Below are positions 19,613-29,768 of a stretch of 32,000 nt of DNA, one piece after another (position 1 is the stretch's first letter; each line of letters starts with the position of its first letter). The stretch comes from Cupriavidus necator (GTDB lineage Bacteria; Pseudomonadota; Gammaproteobacteria; Burkholderiales; Burkholderiaceae). Location: assembly GCF_016127575.1 (NCBI RefSeq), contig NZ_CP066018.1, positions 690,001 to 722,000 of the forward strand. Direction: 5' to 3'. The position numbers and the translations under genes were made by a program. The notes beneath the pieces are model-generated. The model had not been told where the DNA came from, ran no database searches, and saw only the letters and a program-made list of their open reading frames with translations.

Positions 19613-22600
19613 TCAGTCCGCCTGGCCATCCCCCAGCATCTGCCCCACCGACCCCGCCGTACCGGCCGCCCGTTCACCCAGCAACCGATGCAGCGTGCCC
19701 AGCAGCTCATCCTCGTTGTAAGGCTTGCCCAGGTACACGTTGACGCCGATCTCCTCGGCATAGCGGCGGTGCTTGTCGGCCGTGCGCGAGGTGATCATCA
19801 CCAGCGGCATATGCGCGGTGCGCGCGTCGGAGCGCACGTTGCGGGTCAGGTCGAAGCCGTCCATGTGCGGCATCTCGATGTCGACCAGCATCGCGTCCGG
19901 CATGACATCCTGCAGTTGCTTGAGCGCATCCACACCGTCGCGCGCCAGCACCACCTGGTAGCCGGCGCGGCTCAGCAGGCGCTGGGTGGCCTTGCGCACG
20001 GTCAGCGAGTCATCCACCACCATCACGGTCGGCTGCACCGCCAGGCCGCGCACCGGCTCGGTGGTGCCGTCGCTCGCCAGTTCCGCAACCGCGCCCATCC
20101 GCGCCTGCACGGCAGGCGTCTGCGGCAAGGCCTGCGGCACCGGCTGGCCGCGTTCGCGCACCAAGCGCTGCGCCAGCACCACCGGGTTGTAGATCAGCAC
20201 GATCTCGCCATCGCCCAGCGTGGTCGCGCCGGCAATGCCTTCCAGGCGTGCCAGGTGCGGGCCGATATGCTTGACCACCACTTCGCGGTTGCCGACCACA
20301 TCGTCAACATGCACCGCCACGCGCTCGGCGCCGCTGCGCACCAGCACCACCGGCGAATACTTGCGCCCGGCCGCGACCGCGTTGCCTTCCTCCAGCAGCG
20401 CGCCGAAGTAGAAGAACGGCACCTCGGCGCCGGCCACAGTGAGGCGGCCCTGGTTGTAGGCATCCAGCAGTGCCGGGGCGCGCAGCTGCTGGACTTGGTC
20501 GATCATGCCGCTGGGAACGGCATAGCGCCGCGCGCCCAGCGAGATCACCAGCACCTGCGTGATCGCCGTGGTCAGCGGCAGGTGCACCGTGAAGGTGGTG
20601 CCCTGCCCGGGCTTAGACTCCAGCGTGATGCGTCCGCCCAGCGCCACGGTCTCGGCGCGCACCACGTCCATGCCCACGCCGCGGCCGGCCAGCTCCGACA
20701 CCGCGTCGGCGGTGGAGAAGCCCGGCGCAAAGATCAGCTCGGTCAGGCGCGCTTCGCTGGCGTCGTCGTCCGGCGCCAGCAGGCGGCGCTCGACCGCGCG
20801 CGCGCGGATGCGCTCCAGGTCCAGCCCGCCGCCGTCATCGACGAAATGCAGCACCACCTCGTTGCCTTCCTGCTGCACCTCCAGCGTCAGCGCACCAGTG
20901 GCGGCCTTGCCCGCGGCGCGGCGCGGCGCGGCGGCCTCGATGCCGTGCACCACCGCGTTGCGGATCAGGTGCTCGATCGGGCCGGCCATGCGGTCCAGCA
21001 CCGAGCGGTCGATTTCCACGGTGCCGCCCTTGATCAGCAGGCGCACTTCCTTGCCGGTCTCGGCCGCGGCCTGGCGTGCCACGCGGTAGAGGCGCTCGGC
21101 CAGCGCGTCGAACTGCACCATGCGCGCCTGCATCAGCCCGCGCTGCAAGCCGCGCGTCAGGCGCGCCTGCGCCGCCAGGTCGCCGGCGGCGCGGTCAAAG
21201 CCGCGCTGCAGGTTCTGCTCGACGGTGGCCACGTCGTTGACCGACTCGGCCATCATCCGCGTCAACTCCTGGAAGCGCGTGAAGCGGTCGAACTCAAGCG
21301 GGTCGAATTCCTGCTTGTGCTGCGCGTCGGCAATGCGCGACGCCATCTGCGATTCGGCCTGGATCTCGATTTCACGCAACTGCCCGCGCAGGCGCGCGAC
21401 GTTGTCATTCAGTTCGCCCAGGTAGGCGCGCATCGCCTCCAGTTCGCTGTCCAGGCGCGCGCGCGTGGCGCCGACTTCGCCGGCTTCGTTGATCAGCGTG
21501 TCGAGCGCGCGCGCCTGCACGCGCACCAGCGCGCGTTGCGGCTCGGCGGGCACGGCCGGCGGCATCGCCACCATCACGTCTGCCGGCCCCGGCATGGCGG
21601 GCAGGCTGGCGGCGGGCACCGCCTCGACGACGGTATCCGCCTGCGGCAGCGGCGCATCGGCCTGCGCTTGCTCGGGCACCTCGGCCAGGCCATTGACCAC
21701 GTCCGGATCGTCCGCGGGCAGCAGGCGGCCAGTCGGCAGCGCCTCGACATGCGCCAGGATGCGGTCGTACCAGGCATAGAGCCGCTCGAACAGCTTTGGC
21801 CCGACGGCCTGCTGCCCCTGCCCGCGCAGGCTGGCGTCGAGCAGCGTCTCCATTTCATGCGCGGCCTGGCCCAGCGCCATGGCACCCGCCATGCGCGCAC
21901 TGCCCTTGAGCGTATGCAGCGCGCGCAGCACCAGGCCGCCGTGGCGCGAGTCTTCCGGGGCGGCTTCCCAGCCGCGCAGCAGCTTGCCCAGCTCGGGCAG
22001 CGTGCCTTGTGCCTCTTCCAGGAAGATCTGGACCAGCGCGGGATCCGGCGCGGCGCCCTCGTCCGCTACCGGCGCAGCGGGCGCCCGGTGCGGGGTCGGC
22101 AGCGCGATAACCACCGCGTCATGCGGCACTGCCGGCGGCTCCGGCTGGTCTTCCTGCGCGGGCGGCAACTGGCCCAGCAGCTGCGCCACCGAACCGTCCG
22201 GCTCGGCCGGCGCCTGCGGCGCGGGCACCGCCACGCGCGGACGCAGCAGCGCGCGCTCGCCAAACTCAACCAGGCTGCGGCGCAGGCCGGCATCGGCATC
22301 CGGCCAGACGCCCGCGGCAAACTGGTGCAGCATGCCGCGCAGGCGCTCGACCGCCTGCTCCAGCAGGCGGAAATCGCCCGGGTGCATCGCCACCGGGTGC
22401 GAGCCCAGCTGCAGCAGCAGGGCCTCCAGCGCCTCGGCGATCTCACGCACGGGTTCCAGGCCGACGGTGGACGCACTGCCCTGGAGCGTGTGGGCAACGC
22501 GCAGCCCCAGCTCGCTCGGGCACGGATGGCCTTCATGCCGCCATTCGGAGATGTCGGTGGCGAACTGGCGCAGCAGGTCATCGGCCTCCTGCAGGTAGAC

Positions 22601-25438
22601 GTTGTAGAGCGCCAGGCCGATGCGCACCGGCCCGATCACCTTGTAGTGGTCGTCCTCGCCCGACAGGCCGCCGGACAGGCGGAACGGGATCACATTGTCT
22701 TCGCCGTGCCCGACCGCATCGGCGCCGGTGTGACCGGCGGCGTCGACGGCCGGCCCGGGCGGCGCTTCCGCAGCCGCGCCGGGCAGTACTGGCAGTTCAT
22801 CCGCGGCCTGCGCGGCGCCCGGGTCGCGCACCGCTTCGGCGGCTGCCACCAGCGGCGCGATGTCGTGCCAGGTTGCCGCATCGCGATGCAGCTGTGCCGC
22901 CCATGCCGACAACTCGGCATGGGCGCGGCGCAGCAGCGCCAGCAGCGCGGGCACCGGCTCGCGCGCTTCGGCAATCCACAGGTTCATGACCTGCTCGACC
23001 GCCCACGCCGCTTCGCCATAGCGATGCAGGCCGACCATGCGGCTGGAGCCCTTGAGCGTGTGAAAGGCGCGCCGCACGCGGCTGAGGGTATCGGCATCGT
23101 GCAGCGCCTCAACGCCCGAGCCGAGGTCGCCGGCGATGCCGCCCAGGACCTCGTCGGCTTCGTTCAGGAAGATGTCGAGCAGTTCGGCGTCCAGCGCCGA
23201 CTTGTCGCCGTCAGCCGGCAGGCCTTGCGCCGCGGGCGGCGCGGCTGCGGGTGCCGCAGCCCGTGCCGGCTCGGCCAGTGCCAGTGCCAGCCTGCCGGCC
23301 GCATCATCGCTGCCGGCCAGCCAGGCATTGCATTGCATGGTGGCTTCGGCGGCCTGGCGGCGCAGCGCGGCATCGTCATCGATGGTGGCCTGGTCGGCCA
23401 GCGCCTGCAGCGCGGCACGCAGGCGCTGCACTGGCGGCGCATCGGGAACGGGGCCAGCCTGGATCGCCTCGGCCGCGGCGGCGCGCGCGGCGGCCAGCGG
23501 ATGCTGCGCAGCGCGCGGCGCATCGGGCTCGCCGGCCTCGGCAAGCGTATCGGCCCGACGCACGCGGCCGAATTCCAGCGCATCGGCAAAGGCATGGACC
23601 GCGCCCAGCTCGGCTGCGACCTCGCCCAGCAGCGCGGCGCGCGCACTGGCATCAGCGAGTTCGCCCGAAACGGCCAGCCGCGCATTGACGGACTGCACCG
23701 CGGCGGCGGCCTGCGCGGCATCGTCCACCAGCGCTGCAGGCAGCGCGGCGGACGACTGCAATTGCGCCAGCGTGGCGCCAAGCGCGGCGAAGGCCTGGCA
23801 GGCATCGCGCAAGTGGCCTGCGCCTTCGGCGCGGGCCGCGTTGCGGTCGAAGCTGTCCAGCCACGATTCACCGCTGTCCAGCTGCGCCCGCAGCTGCGTC
23901 ACGGCCTCGCTGCGCAGCGCCTGGGCGCGCGCCTCGTCGACCATGCCCGCAAGCCACGCGGGCGCGCTCGCGGCGGGATCGGCCAGGCATGTCGCCAGCG
24001 CCTCGCACTGCGCGGCAAAACGCGCCGCCGCCGGATGGGCGGATTGCCCGTGCACGCGCCACGGCAGCGCCAGCGCGCGCGCCAGGAACAACGCGATGCC
24101 GGCGGCGCCCAGCGCCTCGCCGCGGTGGTGCTGCCCGCCGTGCATGGCCGCCTGCGCCAGGCAGCGCTGCAGCGCCGGCTGCCCGAGCGGCTGCGCGGCT
24201 TCGGCCAGCGCGGCCAGCGCGGTTTCCCAGCCGGCCGGCTCGCCCGCGGCGGCGTGCTCGAGCCCAGCGGCGGCCTGCTGCAGGTTGCGCGTGTCGATCG
24301 GGTCGAGCCAGCCGTAATAGCGCTGGCGGAAGTCCGCATTGGCAAGCGCGTGCGCGGGGTCGAGGCGGAATGCCGCGAGCGTGCGCGCAATATCGGCACG
24401 CAACGCGGCACGCGGCTCAGCCACGCCATCGTCGTCACCGGCCCCGTCGCGGGCCAGGCCGGTGCAGACCAGCAGGAACACCGCGTCGTTGAGCAGCGCC
24501 TGCGGCACGCGCACATGGCCCTGCAGGTACTGGCGCAGCAGCAGGTTGGCGCGGCCGGCAAAGCGCTTGGCCAGCAGGTCGGAAGGCAACAGGCCAAGGC
24601 CCAGCGCGCGGAACACCAGCCCCAGCACATGCCAGACCCCGCGATCCGGATGATCCGCCGCGCGGCGCGCCTCCTGCTCATTGGCGCGCACCTCGTCCAG
24701 CGCAGCGCACAGCGGCAGCCAGGCTTCGCGCAGCAGCGCCGCGTCGGTGCACGGCGCAGGCAGGCGCAATGCCTTGAGCAAGGCCGATTCAAACTGCTGG
24801 CGCGCACGCATGACCGGCGCCGGGCCCTTCGCCGGCAGCAGCATGCCGGGCAGCATCTGCAGCTCATCGAGCCACAGGTCGGCCGGATGCACGCGCTCTT
24901 CGCCCAGGCGCGCCAGCACGCCCGCGTAGGGCTGGAACAGGCGCAGCGGCGCTTCATCGTCACCGGCCATCAGGTCGTCGACATACTCGGCCAATGCCTG
25001 CACGCCGGCGCGGAATACCGCCAGCGCCTCGGGGCCGGCGGCAACGGTGCCGGCGTCGATGGCTTCGAGCAGGCGGCGCAGGGCCTGGCAATACGGATCG
25101 GTGCCGTGCAGCCCGACGATATGCACCGCGCCGGCGGCCTGGTGCAGGTGCTGGCCGGCCAGCCGCAGCGAGGTGGTGTCGCGCGCGCCCAGCGCTTCGG
25201 GCGCCTGGCGGACCTCGTCGACATAGTGGCCAAGCTCGGCGGCGGCGTCTTCGAGCGCGCTGCGCAGGCTGGGCGCAAGCCACGCCAGCCCGGACAGGTC
25301 GCGCGCGGGGGCGCCTGGGTCGGAAACAGCAGGTGCGCTGGCGGATGGCGGCGCCGGAGCCGGCTCGGGCACGGCGCTGGCTTCAGCCGGTGCGCCGGCT
25401 GCGGCGCCATCGCGCGGGACAGGGAAATTCAGGGACAT
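19613..25438 (-). CDS. chpA: Type IV pilus chemosensory hybrid histidine kinase ChpA/PilL (CheA-like: multiple Hpt domains, HATPase, CheW and REC domains; 1941 aa).
   Basis: Three canonical Hpt motifs are present: FHTLKGSS, AHTLQGSAS and LHTLKGSAR. These are followed by a dimerisation region, a CheA HATPase domain (IEHLIRNAVVHGIE...DDGGGLD...GRGVGMDVV...GQGTTF), a CheW domain and a C-terminal receiver (VMVVDDS...MLVDIEMPHMDG...LGKPY). I set the start at the ATG at 25438 (MSLNF..., with GGAAG 5 nt upstream); the track start at 25489 is a TTG. Confidence 0.95.
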   Translation of the reverse strand: MSLNFPVPRDGAAAGAPAEASAVPEPAPAPPSASAPAVSDPGAPARDLSGLAWLAPSLRSALEDAAAELGHYVDEVRQAPEALGARDTTSLRLAGQHLHQAAGAVHIVGLHGTDPYCQALRRLLEAIDAGTVAAGPEALAVFRAGVQALAEYVDDLMAGDDEAPLRLFQPYAGVLARLGEERVHPADLWLDELQMLPGMLLPAKGPAPVMRARQQFESALLKALRLPAPCTDAALLREAWLPLCAALDEVRANEQEARRAADHPDRGVWHVLGLVFRALGLGLLPSDLLAKRFAGRANLLLRQYLQGHVRVPQALLNDAVFLLVCTGLARDGAGDDDGVAEPRAALRADIARTLAAFRLDPAHALANADFRQRYYGWLDPIDTRNLQQAAAGLEHAAAGEPAGWETALAALAEAAQPLGQPALQRCLAQAAMHGGQHHRGEALGAAGIALFLARALALPWRVHGQSAHPAAARFAAQCEALATCLADPAASAPAWLAGMVDEARAQALRSEAVTQLRAQLDSGESWLDSFDRNAARAEGAGHLRDACQAFAALGATLAQLQSSAALPAALVDDAAQAAAAVQSVNARLAVSGELADASARAALLGEVAAELGAVHAFADALEFGRVRRADTLAEAGEPDAPRAAQHPLAAARAAAAEAIQAGPVPDAPPVQRLRAALQALADQATIDDDAALRRQAAEATMQCNAWLAGSDDAAGRLALALAEPARAAAPAAAPPAAQGLPADGDKSALDAELLDIFLNEADEVLGGIAGDLGSGVEALHDADTLSRVRRAFHTLKGSSRMVGLHRYGEAAWAVEQVMNLWIAEAREPVPALLALLRRAHAELSAWAAQLHRDAATWHDIAPLVAAAEAVRDPGAAQAADELPVLPGAAAEAPPGPAVDAAGHTGADAVGHGEDNVIPFRLSGGLSGEDDHYKVIGPVRIGLALYNVYLQEADDLLRQFATDISEWRHEGHPCPSELGLRVAHTLQGSASTVGLEPVREIAEALEALLLQLGSHPVAMHPGDFRLLEQAVERLRGMLHQFAAGVWPDADAGLRRSLVEFGERALLRPRVAVPAPQAPAEPDGSVAQLLGQLPPAQEDQPEPPAVPHDAVVIALPTPHRAPAAPVADEGAAPDPALVQIFLEEAQGTLPELGKLLRGWEAAPEDSRHGGLVLRALHTLKGSARMAGAMALGQAAHEMETLLDASLRGQGQQAVGPKLFERLYAWYDRILAHVEALPTGRLLPADDPDVVNGLAEVPEQAQADAPLPQADTVVEAVPAASLPAMPGPADVMVAMPPAVPAEPQRALVRVQARALDTLINEAGEVGATRARLDSELEAMRAYLGELNDNVARLRGQLREIEIQAESQMASRIADAQHKQEFDPLEFDRFTRFQELTRMMAESVNDVATVEQNLQRGFDRAAGDLAAQARLTRGLQRGLMQARMVQFDALAERLYRVARQAAAETGKEVRLLIKGGTVEIDRSVLDRMAGPIEHLIRNAVVHGIEAAAPRRAAGKAATGALTLEVQQEGNEVVLHFVDDGGGLDLERIRARAVERRLLAPDDDASEARLTELIFAPGFSTADAVSELAGRGVGMDVVRAETVALGGRITLESKPGQGTTFTVHLPLTTAITQVLVISLGARRYAVPSGMIDQVQQLRAPALLDAYNQGRLTVAGAEVPFFYFGALLEEGNAVAAGRKYSPVVLVRSGAERVAVHVDDVVGNREVVVKHIGPHLARLEGIAGATTLGDGEIVLIYNPVVLAQRLVRERGQPVPQALPQTPAVQARMGAVAELASDGTTEPVRGLAVQPTVMVVDDSLTVRKATQRLLSRAGYQVVLARDGVDALKQLQDVMPDAMLVDIEMPHMDGFDLTRNVRSDARTAHMPLVMITSRTADKHRRYAEEIGVNVYLGKPYNEDELLGTLHRLLGERAAGTAGSVGQMLGDGQAD

Positions 25439-25583
25439 GACGGCTTCCAGTGCGGCGCCCGGAGGGCGGCCGCGGGCAACCTGCCGCAACAGGCGGCAGG
25501 CGCGGAGTTGGCATGGAGCGCGTGGCCGCTAAGCCTGGTAAGGCCGCGGTGCGCGGAAGCGGTCGCAGGCGTCATCCGGCCAC

Positions 25584-27797
25584 TCAGGCGATCTTGAATC
25601 GCGACACGGAGTTGCGCAGCTCTTCGGTCAGCAGCGTCAGCTGGCGCACCGACTGCGCAGTCTGGCGCGTGCCGGTGGTGGTCTGCTCGGTGACCTGCAG
25701 GATGCGTTCGATATGGCGGGCCACGGTGGTGGCCAGGTCGGCCTCGTGCGAGGTGGACTGCGAGATCTGCTCGATCAGCTCGGCCAGCTGGCGCGACACG
25801 CGCCCGATCTCGACCAGTGCGGCGCCGGCGTTGTCCGACAGCCGCGCCCCTTCGACCACGCCCTGCGTGCTGCGCTCCATGGCGTGCACCGCGTCCTGGG
25901 TATCGGTCTGGATGGTGCGGATCAGCGCGCCGATCTGCTTGGTGGCCTCGCCGGAGCGTTCGGCCAGCCGCTGCACTTCTTCGGCCACCACCGAGAAGCC
26001 GCGCCCGGCCTCGCCCGCGGACGCGGCCTGAATGGCGGCGTTCAGTGCCAGCACGTTGGTCTGCTCGGTAATGTCCGAGATCAGCTCGACGATTTCACCG
26101 ATCTCCTGCGACGACTCGCCCAGGCGCTTGATGCGCTTGGAGGTTTCCTGGATCTGCTCGCGGATGTCGTTCATGCCGGTGATGGCGTTCTGCACCGCCT
26201 GCTGGCCCTGCTCCGCGGCAGACAGCGAGGCACGCGCCACGTTGGCGGACTCGGCCGCGCCGCGCGACACCTGCGTGATGCGGTCGGCCATCTCCACCAC
26301 CGATTCGCCGGTCTGGCGGATCTGGCGCGACTGCTCTTCGGTGGTCGACACCAGCTGGGTCGAGGTGGACTGCACCTGCCCCGAGGCCTGCGTCACCTCG
26401 CCGGCGGTCTGCTGCACCCGGCCGACCAGCTCGCGCAGTTCTTCCACGGTGTAATTGACCGAGTCGGCAATGGCGCCGGTGATGTCCTCGGTCACCGTGG
26501 CCTGGCGCGTCAGGTCGCCGTCGGCGATGTCCTGCAGTTCGTTCATCAGCTGCAGAATCGCCTTCTGGGTATTGTCGTTGTTGCGCTTTTCGTCCAGCCG
26601 GCGGGACTCGGCCTCGCGCTCGCGCGCCTCGGCTTCCAGCGCGCGCACGCGTGAGTCGCGCAGGTACAGCGCCGCCAGGCCTACCAGGCACAGCAGCGTC
26701 ATGGCCGCCGACACCACGGTCGCGCCCAGCGTCACCGGGCGCACGCGCGCCGATTGCGCGTAGGCGCGCTGCAGCGCCGAGAGTTCGCCGCGCAGCGCCT
26801 CGTTGTCGTTGAAGATCTGCTGCTGCGCGCGCTTGGCGGCAATCAGGCCGGGCAGGTTCTGCAGGATTGTCTGCGTGGTCTTCTGCACCGCTTCAAAGCG
26901 CTGCGACAGCTGCTTCAGGTAGCCGCGCGTTTCTTCGTCGGCGGCCGCCGACAGGCGCAGCGCCTCGCTGCCGTTGAGCAGGCCGTCCAGCGATTCGCGG
27001 AAGGTGTTGGTGTCCTTGCCCAGCAGGAACGCGGTTTCGGGGTTGACGCCTTCGCCGGCCAGGAACTCGTTCAGGTTCTTGCCCAGGCGCTGCGTCAGCA
27101 TCACCAGCTGCGCCGACGCCGCCACCTCGCGCGCGTTGGCGCCGGACTGCAGCTTGATTGCCGCGACCTGTTCGGCGGATTCCAGCAGCTCGGGGTTGGA
27201 AGCATTGAAGATCTGCAGCGTCTGGCCAATGGTGTTCAGCACCGGCTGCTGCGCCAGCACGTCGGCGGCGCTTTTCTCGGAGCGCTTCCACGATTGCATC
27301 GCGGTCTCGAGCAGCGGTTCGGCCGCGCCGGTGGTGGCGCGCACGCGCTTCTCGTCGCTGCCTTCCTGCAGCGCCTTCAGGTCGCCCGCCAGCGCGTCTT
27401 TCGACTGGCGCAGCTGCGTGAAGGCCTGCGCATTGCCCAGCAGCGCCACCGGCACCGCCTTGCCCAGGCGCTGCGAGTGCATCAGCATGTCGCCGGCGAT
27501 CTCGATCTGCGCGGCGGCGTTGTTGGCGATGCGGTTGTCCAGGTACACCGAGCCCAGCAGCGCCACCAGCGACACCACCACGCCCACCGTCAGCAGCCGC
27601 TGCTGCGACGAGAACGGCATGCGCCCAAGCCAGCGCGTGACATGCTCCATTGGCGTGGCGCCCAGGCCGTCGGCGGATGGGGGTGCCGGTGCGGGTTCCG
27701 GGCCGCCGGCATAGGCCATGCCGGGCCCGCCCGCCAGGCCGGTGGCTGCTTCGGCTGCCGGCGTGCGCCGGCCCAGGCTGAATTTCTTGAAACCCAT
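25584..27797 (-). CDS. pilJ: Methyl-accepting chemotaxis protein PilJ (type IV pilus chemoreceptor, 737 aa).
   Basis: The protein has an N-terminal transmembrane segment, a large periplasmic PilJ-type domain, a second transmembrane segment, a HAMP domain and a highly conserved MCP signalling domain ([48 protein letters not shown]). Its position between pilI and chpA fits this call. Confidence 0.93.
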   Translation of the reverse strand: MGFKKFSLGRRTPAAEAATGLAGGPGMAYAGGPEPAPAPPSADGLGATPMEHVTRWLGRMPFSSQQRLLTVGVVVSLVALLGSVYLDNRIANNAAAQIEIAGDMLMHSQRLGKAVPVALLGNAQAFTQLRQSKDALAGDLKALQEGSDEKRVRATTGAAEPLLETAMQSWKRSEKSAADVLAQQPVLNTIGQTLQIFNASNPELLESAEQVAAIKLQSGANAREVAASAQLVMLTQRLGKNLNEFLAGEGVNPETAFLLGKDTNTFRESLDGLLNGSEALRLSAAADEETRGYLKQLSQRFEAVQKTTQTILQNLPGLIAAKRAQQQIFNDNEALRGELSALQRAYAQSARVRPVTLGATVVSAAMTLLCLVGLAALYLRDSRVRALEAEAREREAESRRLDEKRNNDNTQKAILQLMNELQDIADGDLTRQATVTEDITGAIADSVNYTVEELRELVGRVQQTAGEVTQASGQVQSTSTQLVSTTEEQSRQIRQTGESVVEMADRITQVSRGAAESANVARASLSAAEQGQQAVQNAITGMNDIREQIQETSKRIKRLGESSQEIGEIVELISDITEQTNVLALNAAIQAASAGEAGRGFSVVAEEVQRLAERSGEATKQIGALIRTIQTDTQDAVHAMERSTQGVVEGARLSDNAGAALVEIGRVSRQLAELIEQISQSTSHEADLATTVARHIERILQVTEQTTTGTRQTAQSVRQLTLLTEELRNSVSRFKIA

Positions 27798-27916
27798 GGC
27801 ACCCTCTTCCATTTAATCGTTGTCATGCCCGGCGGCTCGTGCCGGGTGCGGCAGGCAGTGGCCTGCGCGTCATTCTTGTTTCTTGTTATTGGCGGCGCGG
27901 TGGCGGGCCTCAGGCC

Positions 27917-28477
27917 TCAGGCCGTAACCCGTCCCACCTGCAGGAAGGCCGGCGCGTCCAGCAGCGCGCGCACGTCCAGCACCTGCCAGTCACGCCCGTC
28001 GCGGTCGGCAAAGCGTTGCCCTTCCCATGCCGGCGTGCCGGCCGGCGGCGGCGCCGCATCGCCGTGCGGCAGGCTCAGGTCGGCGGCATGGCGCAAACCC
28101 GCCACGCGCGTGGCCAGGATCGCGCAGGCGCGCTCCACCTGGCGCGACAGCACCACGATCTTGCTGCCGGGCTGCAGTGGCGTTGGCGCGCCGCCGCAGA
28201 ACAGGCTGAAATCAATCACGCCTAGCAGGCTGCCGCGCGCATTGACCAGGCCGCTGTACCACGGCTGCGTCAGCGGCACCGGGCTGGGCGGGCGCATGTC
28301 GAGCACTTCGCCGGTATCGGCCAGCGGCAGCAGCCAGTTGCGCGCGCCCACCTGCAGCGCCAGGTAGCTGTCGGCCGCGGGCAGGCTGCGCGCCTCGCGC
28401 AGGCGCCGGGCCAGCATGGCCTGGTAGTCCTGCAGGCGAGTCTGGCGGGCGCGGAGGTCTTGGCGTGGCGCGTTCAT
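27917..28477 (-). CDS. pilI: CheW-like coupling protein PilI (186 aa).
   Basis: The CheW-domain pattern is present (YLALQVGARNWLLPLADTGEVL...PWYSGLVNARGSLLGVIDF). It lies between pilH and pilJ. I moved the start to the ATG at 28477 (MNAPRQ). Confidence 0.85.
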   Translation of the reverse strand: MNAPRQDLRARQTRLQDYQAMLARRLREARSLPAADSYLALQVGARNWLLPLADTGEVLDMRPPSPVPLTQPWYSGLVNARGSLLGVIDFSLFCGGAPTPLQPGSKIVVLSRQVERACAILATRVAGLRHAADLSLPHGDAAPPPAGTPAWEGQRFADRDGRDWQVLDVRALLDAPAFLQVGRVTA

Positions 28478-28532
28478 CTGGCGGTCCCCGGAACAGGTGG
28501 CAGTGGCTTCCCGTACGGCCTGCGCTGGCAGC

Positions 28533-28904
28533 TCAGTGCGCCAGCGCGGCAATCTTGCCCAGCAGCTCTTCGCCGTCGACGGGCTTGACGATGTAGTCCG
28601 ACGCGCCCTGGCGCATGCCCCAGATGCGGTCGGTGTCCAGGCCCTTGCTGGTGCACATGATCACCGGGATGTCCTTGAAGCGGTCGTCGCGCTTGATCGC
28701 GCGGGTGGCCTGGTAGCCGTTCTGGCCAGGCATCACCACGTCCATCAGGATCAGGTCGAAGCTCTCGGCCTGCAGGCGCGCGAAGGCCTGGTCGCTGTTG
28801 CTGGCAACCGAGACCTTGAAGCCGCGCTTGCCGAGCAGGTCGGACATGAACAGGGCTTCGGTGGGGGAGTCGTCGACGATCAGGATCTTGTTGATGGCAG
28901 TCAT
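28533..28904 (-). CDS. pilH: Single-domain response regulator PilH (CheY-like, 123 aa).
   Basis: The protein reads MTAINKILIVDDSPTEALFMSDLLGKRGFKV...LILMDVVMPGQNGYQATRAIK...MCTSKG...DYIVKPV. This is very similar to the P. aeruginosa PilH layout as I recall it. An AAGGAAA SD lies upstream of the ATG at 28904. Confidence 0.9.
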   Translation of the reverse strand: MTAINKILIVDDSPTEALFMSDLLGKRGFKVSVASNSDQAFARLQAESFDLILMDVVMPGQNGYQATRAIKRDDRFKDIPVIMCTSKGLDTDRIWGMRQGASDYIVKPVDGEELLGKIAALAH

Positions 28905-28947
28905 GAGGTTTTCCTTCGATTCGTACATGGCGTCGCGTGCATGCGCG

Positions 28948-29439
28948 TCAGGCAGGCAGCACGTGGCCCGCGGCCTGGCATGGCAGGCAGGCCTGCACGG
29001 CGTGCAGCAGCGCTTCGCGGGTAAAAGGCTTGGCAAGATGGTCGTGCGCGCCGACCAGGCGGCCGCGCGAGCGGTCGAACACGCCGTCGCGCGAGGACAG
29101 CATGATCACGGGGATGGCGTGAAAGCGCGGACTCTTCTTGATCAGGGAGCAGGTCTGGTACCCGTCCAGGCGGGGCATCAGGATGTCGCAAAAGACCAGG
29201 TCCGGGTGCAGCTCGCCCACCTTGGCGAGCGCCTCGAAGCCGTCTTCGGCCAGCACCACCTGGTATCCCGCCTGCGACAGGAAGATCTCCGCGGTGCGGC
29301 GGATGGTGCTGGAATCATCGATGACCAGCACCTTGCGGCGCGGCTGCGCCGTGGTGTCCGGAATGGAAACGCCAGGCGCCAGACCCTGGGCGCCGGCGGT
29401 ATTGACCCGCTGGTTTTCTTCTGTTTGAGCGACCCGCAT
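28948..29439 (-). CDS. pilG: Single-domain response regulator PilG (CheY-like with an N-terminal extension, 163 aa).
   Basis: The sequence KVLVIDDSSTIRRTAEIFLSQAGYQVVLAEDGFEALAKVGELHPDLVFCDILMPRLDGYQTCSLIK...PVIMLSSRDGVFDRSRGRLVGAHDHLAKPF closely parallels P. aeruginosa PilG (MVIDDSKTIRRTAE...VDIMMPRLDGYQTCALIK). The start at the ATG at 29439 is tentative. Confidence 0.9.
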   Translation of the reverse strand: MRVAQTEENQRVNTAGAQGLAPGVSIPDTTAQPRRKVLVIDDSSTIRRTAEIFLSQAGYQVVLAEDGFEALAKVGELHPDLVFCDILMPRLDGYQTCSLIKKSPRFHAIPVIMLSSRDGVFDRSRGRLVGAHDHLAKPFTREALLHAVQACLPCQAAGHVLPA

Positions 29440-29768
29440 TGTTGTTCCCGCGACCAGCTGCCCCTTGCGGAGCGCCGGCAAGCACTAGAGAACACCCGCG
29501 CGGAGCAGCGCGACCCATGCGCGCCCCGACGGACCCCCGACAATTCTTGTTTCCCTTCCAAGGCCGGGCTGTGCCCGGCAGTGGCGGTGCGTGGAACCCG
29601 CACCTGCCTACCGTCCTCCCCACCAGCGGCAGAGGGACGGGCAGTCATTTTGCAACAGAGTGTGACAAGACGCCGGGGGGCCGTCAATCGGGGCCGGCCG
29701 CGGCCAGCCAGCGTTTTGTCGCATCGGCGCGACGCGCGCCCGGTTATTGTTGTTCTGGGGACGTCGCC

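Noticed and set aside
19463-25597. An uninterrupted 2044-aa ORF on the plus strand spanning the whole chpA locus.
   Set aside because: It is the codon-aligned reverse complement of chpA (same triplet phase). A stop in this frame would require a TTA, CTA or TCA sense codon, and chpA with its extreme G/C-ending codon bias does not use any of them. The predicted product is Arg/Ala/Gly/His/Gln-rich with no recognisable motif. The minus frame, in contrast, shows Hpt, HATPase, CheW and REC signatures.
29650-29670. A sigma54-like TGTCAC-N..-TTGCA on the minus strand upstream of pilG.
   Set aside because: The near-invariant -24 GG is GT here, and the GG-to-GC spacing is off by one base. pilG-type genes are also not known sigma54 targets.
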